Assembly: GCA_022840695.1 (NCBI GenBank)
Contig: JALHDC010000001.1
Location: 84,456 to 148,455, forward strand
Source of the DNA: a bacterium
Lineage (GTDB): Bacteria > Patescibacteriota > Dojkabacteria > SC72
Reading direction: 5' to 3'
Length of the DNA stretch: 64,000 nucleotides
Shown here: positions 21,286 through 30,106 of the stretch, piece by piece
Layout: every line of letters begins with the position of its first letter
Numbering within the stretch: position 1 is the stretch's first letter
Program-made: the position numbers and the translations under genes
The notes under the pieces: generated by a model
Databases searched by the model: none
What the model saw: only the letters and a program-made list of their open reading frames with translations
What the model was told of the DNA's origin: nothing

Positions 21286-22881
21286 ATGAAGCTAAGCTTT
21301 AAGAAAGATTTACACATAGCTACAATTAGATCAGAGGAGATTTGGAATAAATTCAAAGTACATACACTATTACAAAACTGTGAATCTAAACAGCCATCGA
21401 TAAATGCATACCTTGGAGCCAGATACAGTAGATCATCAGATTCCATCGTAGATATTGCTTCTGAAATACTCAAAACTAATACAGATGCTGCTGAAAGATT
21501 AGAAAAAATATTCTCTGGATATGGTCATAAATCTGTTGGAGATATGGCAGACCTATTCCTCTGCTTAGAAGATATTCCTATGTTCACTGCTATGAAAATC
21601 TTCTACATCAACTCCGTAATTTCTGGACAGGAAAGATCTACAAGATATCAAAATTTCCAAAATCCAGAATTTGTAAAAATACCAAATGAAGTATGTACAG
21701 ATAGGGAGATAACTAAGGGATATGAAAGAATAATATTAAAACAGATGCAAGATTACAGGGAACTTCTTAAACCAACAAAAGATGCATTAGAGAAACATTT
21801 TAGAATTAATGATGAAAGTACACAGGAAGTATCAGCTCTAAAGGCTAGAGCATTTGATGTAGCAAGATATTTGCTTCCCTTTGGTCTAAATACAAGTTCT
21901 GCATATCTAATGTCTGCAAGGAATTGGTCTGATATGATCAGCTATCTTTGTTCTAGTGATTCTGTAGTTGAGAATTCTCTCTCTACACTTCTTTTGAATC
22001 TTTTAGGAGAATCTAACCTAGAAGCAAGAGGATATATTAGGGAAGCAGATGGCCTAATTAGACATACAGATGCAAATGGTTGTAGAAAGAGTTCTACAAA
22101 AAACATATTGGAATATATGAAAAAGAGTATATCTACAGAACAGTCTAGAGATATTCCCGAATGTGAGGAAGAAGCAATTAAAGTATCATACTCTCCAGAC
22201 TGTATGGAAGCTCTCATTTCTCACTATGAAGCATTGATTAATCCTTTAGGTTCTAAAGAAGAATTTGAGTTTTCTGAAACAGATCAAGAAGAGATAGGGG
22301 AGATAATATTTGAAAATCATGATCATCATAATACATTAGGTAATATCGGGCAATCAGGAGCTGTAAAGATAGAAGGTTTTGCAACTCTAGGTACATTGAA
22401 GGATATGAACAGGCACAGAAGCTTAGAAAGATTTATGCCAATATTTCATGACGAAATTGATATGGATCAGGAATTAGATAGAAGAAATGATCAATGTTTC
22501 TATCTCTGTAACTATTTAAACATTCCATCTCTTTCAAGATTAAGAAAGAGCTATGAAGAAAAACTCACAGATACATATGAGAGAATTAGAGAATGGAGAA
22601 AGATGGCAAAAGAGGTTCTCTCTAAAGAAGTTTGTGATGAGTATACAAAATATCTTCTTCCACATGCTCATGCTACAAGATATATCTTTTACGGATCATT
22701 TGATGATCTGCAATATATTTCAAATTTAAGAACTAGAAACGGAGGACATATAGCATATCGGAAATTGACATATGAATGGTTAAGAAATCTCTCCTACCTT
22801 GATCCAATATGGAGACCATTATTGAGAAAAATCATAGAGCCTCGTATTGATGACAAGCATCAATTTGTAGATAGAAGTTAA
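21286..22881 (+). CDS. Putative flavin-dependent thymidylate synthase ThyX-like protein, tandem-domain form (531 aa)
   Basis: N-half GYGHKSVGDMADLF…SGQERSTRYQ resembles ThyX GHESxxEH…SxxExSxRY but lacks RHR. C-half carries NRHRSLERF. Sits within the folD-glyA-…-dcd context. Confidence 0.45.
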   Translation: MKLSFKKDLHIATIRSEEIWNKFKVHTLLQNCESKQPSINAYLGARYSRSSDSIVDIASEILKTNTDAAERLEKIFSGYGHKSVGDMADLFLCLEDIPMFTAMKIFYINSVISGQERSTRYQNFQNPEFVKIPNEVCTDREITKGYERIILKQMQDYRELLKPTKDALEKHFRINDESTQEVSALKARAFDVARYLLPFGLNTSSAYLMSARNWSDMISYLCSSDSVVENSLSTLLLNLLGESNLEARGYIREADGLIRHTDANGCRKSSTKNILEYMKKSISTEQSRDIPECEEEAIKVSYSPDCMEALISHYEALINPLGSKEEFEFSETDQEEIGEIIFENHDHHNTLGNIGQSGAVKIEGFATLGTLKDMNRHRSLERFMPIFHDEIDMDQELDRRNDQCFYLCNYLNIPSLSRLRKSYEEKLTDTYERIREWRKMAKEVLSKEVCDEYTKYLLPHAHATRYIFYGSFDDLQYISNLRTRNGGHIAYRKLTYEWLRNLSYLDPIWRPLLRKIIEPRIDDKHQFVDRS

Positions 22882-22898
22882 ATTAATTACTAAATATA

Positions 22899-23462
22899 AT
22901 GATACTTTCAGATAAAACAATTAAAGAAAAAATCAAAGAGGGTTGTATAGTGATAAAGCCTTTTTCTGAGGAATTTCTACAGCCTGCATCCTACGATTTA
23001 CATTTAGATAAATACTTTTTAGTTTTTAATAAAGAAAATATTCCAATGATAGATGTAAAAAAGAAGGAAGAGAATTTAATGAGAGAAGTAGTTGTAGATG
23101 AGAAGAAAGGATTCATAATTCACCCTGGAGAGTTTGTATTGGCTAATGTTAAAGAGATAACGGGAGTAGATGCTAAGCATGTAGGAAGATTAGAGGGAAA
23201 AAGTTCTCTTGGAAGAATAGGTTTGATAGTTCATGCTACAGCAGGATTCTTGGATCCTGGAAATAAGCTAAGGATGACTCTTGAGTTGGCTAATGTTTCT
23301 CCGCTTCCAATAAGGATATATCCGGGGATGAAGATAGCACAAATGGCTTTTGAATGTTTAGATACAGAATGTGAAAGACCTTATGGAAGTAAGGAATTGA
23401 AGAGCAAGTATTCAGGAGACCTCAAAGTAAAAGGTAGCCAGATGTGGAAGAACTTTAAATAA
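22899..23462 (+). CDS. dcd: dCTP deaminase
   Basis: MILSDKTIKE… N-terminus and GKSSLGRIGLIVHATAGFLDPG motif. Confidence 0.9.
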   Translation: MILSDKTIKEKIKEGCIVIKPFSEEFLQPASYDLHLDKYFLVFNKENIPMIDVKKKEENLMREVVVDEKKGFIIHPGEFVLANVKEITGVDAKHVGRLEGKSSLGRIGLIVHATAGFLDPGNKLRMTLELANVSPLPIRIYPGMKIAQMAFECLDTECERPYGSKELKSKYSGDLKVKGSQMWKNFK

Positions 23463-23469
23463 TTCCGTA

Positions 23470-24636
23470 TTACATTGTAGGTGGTACAGGAGGCAAATCC
23501 TCATCTGTTGTTGTGTCTTGTACAGGTTGCTGTACAGGAGGAGTCTCTACGACAGGAGGTTGTGTAGCCATATTCTGTATTTCACTGTTTATTGTATTTT
23601 GTAAATCTGCAGCAGATGGTGTAGGTTGAGTTTCTGGCATTACTGTTTCAGGAGACGAAGAAGGCATTGGTTCTGCTAATGTTGGAGCACTTTGTGGTAC
23701 TTCCTGTTGTATTGATGGTGTCTCTTGTTGCATCAACTCCTGAAGATCTTTCTCCTCATTACCTGAACTCATTGGAGGTGTTGTTGGCATGACAGGAGGA
23801 GTAGGGATAGTTTCTACAGGTGTGGACTCCACTACTGGTGGTACAGAAGCAGGTTGTGCTTGCTCTACAGCTGGCGTTTCTGGGATCACACTCTCCTCAG
23901 TTTTATTCACCATATCTTTCAATGTAGGTTCCTGTTGGGGAGTACTGACTGGTGTTTCCTCTTGAACAGGTTCACTCATAGGTGTTTCAACTGTCTCATC
24001 AACAGAGGACTCTTTTTTCTTACTTAATAAAATTCCAATTATACTAATCAGTAATACAACGGATCCTGCTATCAAAATGTATGGTAAATACTCTGTTAGA
24101 TTATCTATACTAAAACCAGTACTCTGAGTTGTAGTTGTAACACTTTCCTGTGTACTTATAAGAGTAGGATCTTCTACTGTAGTAGTATCCTCTTCCTCTG
24201 TTACTGTCTCTTCAACTTCTCCTATATTTACAACTTCACCTAATTCCAATTCCCCTATATCCAAATCAGTATCATCCAAAACGGTAAAGGTATATGTACT
24301 TTCATCCGAAGTAAATAATATGTTTGCTAATACTCCACTTAATTCAGTAGCAGTATCCAATTCACAAGTTATAGTTACAGTATCTGTACTGTCAACATAG
24401 TCCAAAGAAGAACAAGTTATTGTTCCTGAATTAACCTCTGATATTGTTACTCCTTCTGAAAACTGTATAGGTAATACAATTTTCTCCAAAGTATCAGTCC
24501 CTGTATTTACAGTTATAGAAACAGACTGAATATCGGTAGTAGAGTTATCCTTTAAAGTTACATCTACAGCAGCAAATGCTTTTAAAGGGAAAAGGATTAA
24601 AGCAAAAACAAACAGAAAAGAATATATTTTTTTCAT
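23470..24636 (-). CDS. Surface protein: signal peptide, ectodomain, single TM, long Pro/Thr/Glu/Gln-rich cytoplasmic tail
   Basis: MKKIYSFLFVFALILFPLKAFAA signal. TM YILIAGSVVLLISIIGILL preceded by QSTG. The C-terminal ~190 aa are low complexity. Confidence 0.6.
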   Translation of the reverse strand: MKKIYSFLFVFALILFPLKAFAAVDVTLKDNSTTDIQSVSITVNTGTDTLEKIVLPIQFSEGVTISEVNSGTITCSSLDYVDSTDTVTITCELDTATELSGVLANILFTSDESTYTFTVLDDTDLDIGELELGEVVNIGEVEETVTEEEDTTTVEDPTLISTQESVTTTTQSTGFSIDNLTEYLPYILIAGSVVLLISIIGILLSKKKESSVDETVETPMSEPVQEETPVSTPQQEPTLKDMVNKTEESVIPETPAVEQAQPASVPPVVESTPVETIPTPPVMPTTPPMSSGNEEKDLQELMQQETPSIQQEVPQSAPTLAEPMPSSSPETVMPETQPTPSAADLQNTINSEIQNMATQPPVVETPPVQQPVQDTTTDEDLPPVPPTM

Positions 24637-24710
24637 CTTATGGACAGTTTATATTATCTTGATAAAGGTTATCATGCAAAATATATAATATCAATAGTAA
24701 GAAAAAGTAT

Positions 24711-24739
24711 TTGACTTAATTGTTTTGTAAATATACACT
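24711..24739 (+). promoter_or_regulatory. Candidate promoter (TTGACT-N17-TACACT) of the Lon-like gene
   Basis: Hexamers seen directly, about 25 nt upstream of the ATG at 24764. Confidence 0.35.
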
Positions 24740-24763
24740 TAGATATATTAAAATCTGCCTTTT

Positions 24764-25972
24764 ATGGATTATTCAAGTAATTACAATATGAATAGTAATA
24801 CTCCTGTATCTTCTTCGATGGATGAGAATATGGGAGAAGTTTTGGAACTTGAGAATAAACTAAACTCCTCTAAGGTTCCAGAAACTCTAAAAGAGGAAGC
24901 CATGAGAAGTGTGTTAAGGCTTAAGAGAATGTTTAGAATGGGCGGATATAGTGCTGAGTTTGAAACTGTGAGTAAGTATGTTGATTGGGTAACAAGAATT
25001 CCTTGGGGAATTAATTCTAAAGATAGTTTTGATCTCCAGAATGCGAAGCAATTAATGGATCAAACACACTACGGTATGGAGACAATTAAGGATCTAATCC
25101 TTGACTACTTAGCTACAATGCAACTTCAAACTAGGGGAGGAATTGAGAGTAGGGCACCTATTCCATCTCAAATTTACGGAACTAATCCCCCTATTCAGAA
25201 GATTGCTAATAATGAAATGGCTGTATTGAAAGGTTCTTCTGCGAATGCTCCTGTATTTCTTTTTATTGGTCTTCAAGGTGTTGGTAAAACCTCTATAGCT
25301 AAATCAATAGCAACATCTATGGGTAGAAAGTTTGCTAGAGTTTCTCTAGGAGCAATAGGTGATGTCCGAACACTTAGGGGTACTCCAAGGTATTCAATAG
25401 ATGCAGAACCAGGACAGATAGTTAAGTCTCTTGTAAGGTGTGGAACTATGAATCCTGTAATACTTTTAGATGAGATTGAAAAATCAAGTGGAAATGCTGG
25501 ATTATTAAATGATGTAATGGCTGCACTACTTGAGATATTAGATCCTGAGCAGAATTCTAGCTTCATAGATCACTATATTGATTATCCAATAGATCTTTCT
25601 GGAGTATTTTTCATTTGTACGGCTAATAATCTTGGTGGTCTTTCTGCTGCATTACTTGATCGTGTTGAGGTAATTAGATTTACAAGTTATTCCGATGAAG
25701 AGAAAGAGGTGATAGGTAAACAGTATATACTTCCAAAAGTATTAAATAATCTTAATCTCTCATCAGATCATATTAAGATAGAGGAAGAAGTATGGCCTTT
25801 AATAATTCGTCCAGTTGGATTTGATGCAGGTATCAGACAATTGGAAAGAAATATAACAACGATGGTTAGGAGTGCTGCTAGGATGATCATAGAGGAAAAA
25901 CAGTTACCAATAATCATAAATAAGGAAAATCTCAGCCAGTATGTTTTGGCAGATCAGGGACCTTTAAGTTAA
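24764..25972 (+). CDS. Lon-like AAA+ ATPase lacking N-terminal LAN domain and C-terminal S16 protease domain
   Basis: Lon coiled-coil/linker (LKEEAMRSVLRLKRMF…SKYVDWVTRIPWG). Lon-type AAA+ core (LFIGLQGVGKTSIAKSIATSMGRKFARVSLG…ILLDEIEKS…LEILDPEQNSSFIDHY). Protein ends about 60 aa after sensor 2. Confidence 0.75.
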   Translation: MDYSSNYNMNSNTPVSSSMDENMGEVLELENKLNSSKVPETLKEEAMRSVLRLKRMFRMGGYSAEFETVSKYVDWVTRIPWGINSKDSFDLQNAKQLMDQTHYGMETIKDLILDYLATMQLQTRGGIESRAPIPSQIYGTNPPIQKIANNEMAVLKGSSANAPVFLFIGLQGVGKTSIAKSIATSMGRKFARVSLGAIGDVRTLRGTPRYSIDAEPGQIVKSLVRCGTMNPVILLDEIEKSSGNAGLLNDVMAALLEILDPEQNSSFIDHYIDYPIDLSGVFFICTANNLGGLSAALLDRVEVIRFTSYSDEEKEVIGKQYILPKVLNNLNLSSDHIKIEEEVWPLIIRPVGFDAGIRQLERNITTMVRSAARMIIEEKQLPIIINKENLSQYVLADQGPLS

Positions 25973-26226
25973 TATCCTTTGAATGGGTTTGCTAATTTTA
26001 AAGCTGATACAGCTCTGTGTATTTGTGGATTTTTTATACCTTTTGCTATGTCTGCTTTATATGTACTTTTCTCTTCTGCCTTACTCAATTGATCCAGATC
26101 AGAGAGTAATTTATCTTGTGCTATCTTCTTAGTATCTACTGCCTGTGTAACCAAGTAGTTAGACAGATTTATTTGATTTTGACTACTGTCCTGTTCTTCC
26201 ATATTCATCCTCCGGATAACTTTCAA
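25969..26226 (-). CDS. Small hypothetical protein, last gene of the VirB4 operon (true start may be an internal Met)
   Basis: 85-aa helical ORF overlapping the VirB4 3' end by 44 nt. No recognisable domain. Confidence 0.3.
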   Translation of the reverse strand: MKVIRRMNMEEQDSSQNQINLSNYLVTQAVDTKKIAQDKLLSDLDQLSKAEEKSTYKADIAKGIKNPQIHRAVSALKLANPFKGY

Positions 26227-28639
26227 CTAAACCTTGGGGAGTTAAATGTTTTCTTCCCCTTTGTATATCCTCCCTTGACTTTACAGTTTGTCCTGAAATT
26301 GTACTTTCTTTTAATTCATCTAAGAATGTTTTTTGACTTTTATATTTCTCAGGATTTAATTCCATCTCTTGCTGTCTTAATCTCTCTTCTATTTCTTTCT
26401 GATACTGTTTTCTTTCTTCTTCCAACATTCCTTTATTTCCCTCTGTCCTACGAATAGCTTCTTGTATAATTTGTTCTTCTCTTTTGAGATTTCCTCCTCC
26501 CTTTAGTGGCTTCTGTTCTGCTGGAGGATCAAATATTTCTGATAGCTCTTCAATGGTTCTAGTCTCTGTTTGTCCCTCTCTCTTCTTAAGTTTTTCTAAA
26601 TCCCTTGGGTCTGAAGTGATCAATTCGTGTTCAGATACACTAGAAAGAACTTGTATACCAACATGGTTTGATCCAGCGAAGAATAGTCCTTGTCCTTTGT
26701 CACAGTTAAGGAGGAAATTCTTTTCCCCATCAGAAAGATTGAATACCTCCTGAAGTTTCTCTACAGCGGTAGGGCTTTGCATCATTAACATCTGCATAGA
26801 TGAGTTTGAAATAATGGCTTTTCCCATATCTGTATTTAAGAAATCGGCTACATCCTGGGTTATTGTTGAAAGTCCTAAATAATATTTTCTCGCTCTCTTA
26901 GCTATTGAATACATGAATCTAGCAGAATCTTCCGATTGCATCATGTACCAGGCTTCATCTACCACTAACAATCTTCTTTTTCTCTCCTTCCTTATCTTTG
27001 TCCAAATGAAATCAAGCATTAAGTACATAGCTAAAGGTTTTAGCTCTTCCTGTAGGTCTCTAATACTAAATACAGTGAATGGATTATTAATCTCAAAGTT
27101 ACTAGCTTCATTGAAAACTCCTGCACCACTTCCAATTATGTATTTTTCTAATCTCTTGGCTAAACCATGTGCTTCTGGTTCTGCCATACCTTTCAACACT
27201 TTGTACAGATCTTCTAGCATAGGGGGTGTTTTAGTTTGTGTATTTGGATCAAAGGTGATACCTTTTTCTCTGTATGTAAGTATTAAAGCTCTATCTAATA
27301 TGGAACCTTCAATATTATCTATTTCTCCAAATAGTACTCGGAAGAATCCTTGAAGAGAAAGCATTTTCATCCTTAATTCATCATCTCCTTCCTCTGTAAC
27401 TCCTGAAAGCTCAAAAGGATTCATTTTGTTTCCTTTATCCTGAGAGAATGAAATATATGCACCATTTACAGCTCTACAAAGATCTTCATATTCTCTTTCT
27501 GGATCAATTATTATTATTTCTGTGCCAAGCATCAAACTTCTAACAGCTTCTAGTTTTACAAAATAGCTCTTACCAGCACCAGATTTAGCAAATACTACTG
27601 TATTTGCATTTTCTAATTCGAATCTATCAAAGATAACTAAACTTTTGTTATGGAGGTTTAATCCATACATTATTCCATGGTCCATTGTTAACTCAGAAGT
27701 AACGAAAGGAAAGGTGGTTGCCAACGATGTAGTATCCATGTTTCTAGTTATATACAGGTTATCGAGACCTAGAGGTTGGGTACTGATGAATCCTTGTTCT
27801 TGTTGTAGTGTAGCTGGTTTCGCAGTCACATTAATAGCTGCAAGTGTAGATGTTACATTTCTTCCAATCTTTTCTAATAGCTCTTTATCTTTCGCATACA
27901 AGGTTATGTACATAGCAAAATGGAAAAACTTTTCGGTACCCTCTGCAATAGAATCTTGTAACTGTTGAGCATCTGATAGGGCAACCTTTAGTGAAGGATC
28001 TACTACCTTCCTATCTTCCATTTGAGCATACAAAGAAGCTTCCATTTCTCCTATCTTCTTTTTCAATTTCTCAAGTATAGTTTTAGAATCAACGGGATAG
28101 TAGAAGGTACTTATCCTCAAAGAGTGTTCGAAGTTGATAATAGGAGATAACCAATTTGGTCCTACAAACCTAGGATATCCGCTTACAAAAAGAGTTTTGA
28201 AATAATACTCTCCCATCTCTAAATGATTAAAATCCACCTCCAAATCTATTGGGGCTACTATATCCTGTATGGACATGTCCGTAGGGGATACTTTTACCTT
28301 CTCCAATACTTCTGCAGATATTGATTCTCCAACATTGTTATCTACTCCTGAATCAGTACTTTTCTCTTTCTCTCCTTTTCCAAACACTCCTGCAACATTA
28401 TCTAAGAATGTAAATAGAAAATTCTTCTTTTTCTTCTTCTCTACATCTTCTTTTGGTATTGGATCATTATATCTATTAAAATTCATTTTTTCAGAATTAT
28501 CTGTTGGTTCAACTTTAATTTCCTCCTTGAATTCATTATATTTTTCTCCAGGAGTCTTAAGTTTCTCTGCCTGTTCCTGTAACATCTGTGCTGTTTTATT
28601 CTCAAACGATCTATTGTAGTTATCATTAATATTTTCCAT
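26183..28639 (-). CDS. VirB4/TrbE/CagE-family type IV secretion ATPase (core + C-terminal part), with charged N- and C-terminal extensions
   Basis: IDLEVDFNHLEMGEYYFKTLFVSGYPRFV, Walker A AKSGAGKSYF, IIIDPEREY, Walker B LLVVDEAWYMM, STITQDVADF. Confidence 0.85.
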   Translation of the reverse strand: MENINDNYNRSFENKTAQMLQEQAEKLKTPGEKYNEFKEEIKVEPTDNSEKMNFNRYNDPIPKEDVEKKKKKNFLFTFLDNVAGVFGKGEKEKSTDSGVDNNVGESISAEVLEKVKVSPTDMSIQDIVAPIDLEVDFNHLEMGEYYFKTLFVSGYPRFVGPNWLSPIINFEHSLRISTFYYPVDSKTILEKLKKKIGEMEASLYAQMEDRKVVDPSLKVALSDAQQLQDSIAEGTEKFFHFAMYITLYAKDKELLEKIGRNVTSTLAAINVTAKPATLQQEQGFISTQPLGLDNLYITRNMDTTSLATTFPFVTSELTMDHGIMYGLNLHNKSLVIFDRFELENANTVVFAKSGAGKSYFVKLEAVRSLMLGTEIIIIDPEREYEDLCRAVNGAYISFSQDKGNKMNPFELSGVTEEGDDELRMKMLSLQGFFRVLFGEIDNIEGSILDRALILTYREKGITFDPNTQTKTPPMLEDLYKVLKGMAEPEAHGLAKRLEKYIIGSGAGVFNEASNFEINNPFTVFSIRDLQEELKPLAMYLMLDFIWTKIRKERKRRLLVVDEAWYMMQSEDSARFMYSIAKRARKYYLGLSTITQDVADFLNTDMGKAIISNSSMQMLMMQSPTAVEKLQEVFNLSDGEKNFLLNCDKGQGLFFAGSNHVGIQVLSSVSEHELITSDPRDLEKLKKREGQTETRTIEELSEIFDPPAEQKPLKGGGNLKREEQIIQEAIRRTEGNKGMLEEERKQYQKEIEERLRQQEMELNPEKYKSQKTFLDELKESTISGQTVKSREDIQRGRKHLTPQGLVESYPEDEYGRTGQ

Positions 28640-29274
28640 TACTCTTCCTCAGGGTTATATATAGTGTAGAATTCAGACAATAATTCCTTTGTAGTTAATT
28701 GGTGTCCAAAAAGACCCATTCTTCCTAACTGCTTAAGAAGATGATCTCTCTTTGGAAAAAGAAATATCTTAGCTTTCTCTATTAATTGATCTGTTTGCAT
28801 CTGTTTGTATTTCTCCTGTTCCTCCTTATTCTTTTTACTATCAAAGATACTACCTCCAGGTAATGGTACACCAGGGCTATACGGTATTACAAGAAAGAAA
28901 CTTTTATCTAATACATCATTTTCCACAATTAATTTTTGTACAAATTCGGTATATATATCTAACTGCTTCTTTAGTCCCTCACTCATCTGCTTATTCTTTT
29001 GTCCTTTTAGGTAGTCTATGTAGTTAGTGATATCGATTCTTCTAGTTCTGATTAATATCTGAATTCTAAAGTTCAAGGAATTTAGCAATCCTGCAAAAGC
29101 ATATATCTTATTATCTTGTTCATACTCAGCCAAGAGATCAAAGTTTATGGAAGATGTTTGAATAATCATTGCTACACTACCATTCTTAGTTATTAAGAGA
29201 TCATCTTTTATATCCCTTACCCCCAAATGTTCTTGTGTTGATGCTGTAGCTCTCGCTCTTGCGTTCTTTTCCAC
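28639..29274 (-). CDS. VirB4 N-terminal-domain-like protein, translationally coupled to downstream VirB4 ORF
   Basis: LLITKNGSVAMIIQTSSINFDLLAEYEQDNKIYAFAGLLNSLNFRIQILIRTRR follows the VirB4/TrbE N-terminal pattern. Its stop overlaps the next ATG (TAATG). Confidence 0.5.
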   Translation of the reverse strand: MEKNARARATASTQEHLGVRDIKDDLLITKNGSVAMIIQTSSINFDLLAEYEQDNKIYAFAGLLNSLNFRIQILIRTRRIDITNYIDYLKGQKNKQMSEGLKKQLDIYTEFVQKLIVENDVLDKSFFLVIPYSPGVPLPGGSIFDSKKNKEEQEKYKQMQTDQLIEKAKIFLFPKRDHLLKQLGRMGLFGHQLTTKELLSEFYTIYNPEEE

Positions 29275-29275
29275 A

Positions 29276-30106
29276 TTAAATATTATTAATTTTAATAGGT
29301 GACTTATTCTCTCTGTTACTTAACTCTAGTTGTACCTTTGGGAATTTATACACAGGATGTTGAAATTCTAACATATATGTTCCAATATCCCACATTTTGT
29401 TTGTAAGGAAGTACCCATTGGTACCAGTTCGATTAGCATACAGAACCTTTTGCTGAGAATCTTTTAAATATACAATTACATTAGGTATTGGTTTAAAATC
29501 CTTTGTACATAACCAAGCATTAATGTTTCCTGGGAGCCTATCTAAACTTTTAATATTGAATTGGTAGTTAGCAATATTACTATCTGTAATTACTAAAAGG
29601 TTTGGATCAATAGGGGGGGTAGTTAGGTTTTCTTCTACATTTAATTCTTCATCAAGCATATCTATGTCATCTTCTACCTCTGCATCCTCTTTTTTTATAT
29701 CTAATCCAACTCCTATGATCTTTTTATTTTTATCTTTAACATCCTTTGGTATTATCTGTCCATCTTCAGAAGGTTTAACTTCAGGCTTACTCCTTTCTTC
29801 TCTCATATCTTTATTCATCCATACTCTTTGTGTTGGATTACTAATAGCGGAGATGTAATTTTTTATGAATACATCTGCATCTTGATCATTAACTGGTACT
29901 AATCCTAAAAATATTCCTGCCCCCGAGGAAATGATGAATACAGGTATTCCTAAAATACCTGGAATTATATTACTCGCAGTTAAATATATCATTACTCCTC
30001 CAAAGCCTATACCGATGGCTAAATAGGCGAATTCTTTTAGAGTGAATTTAGTAAAGAGTTTAAACTCAACATCTAATATATTTTGTGGAATAGCATGTTG
30101 TCTCAT
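29276..30106 (-). CDS. Membrane protein with N-terminal two-helix hairpin (VirB3-like by topology/position) and C-terminal beta-rich ectodomain
   Basis: TM1 FAYLAIGIGFGGVMIYL and TM2 ILGIPVFIISSGAGIFLGLV. C-terminal carboxypeptidase-regulatory-like motif RTGTNGYFLT…GTYMLEF. Lies 1 nt upstream of the VirB4-N ORF. Confidence 0.4.
   Translation of the reverse strand: MRQHAIPQNILDVEFKLFTKFTLKEFAYLAIGIGFGGVMIYLTASNIIPGILGIPVFIISSGAGIFLGLVPVNDQDADVFIKNYISAISNPTQRVWMNKDMREERSKPEVKPSEDGQIIPKDVKDKNKKIIGVGLDIKKEDAEVEDDIDMLDEELNVEENLTTPPIDPNLLVITDSNIANYQFNIKSLDRLPGNINAWLCTKDFKPIPNVIVYLKDSQQKVLYANRTGTNGYFLTNKMWDIGTYMLEFQHPVYKFPKVQLELSNRENKSPIKINNI

Noticed and set aside
26484-28619. Several plus-strand ORFs (89-146 aa) within the VirB4 gene
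   Set aside because: They are antisense to a protein with clear Walker motifs, and show no RBS or domain signal.
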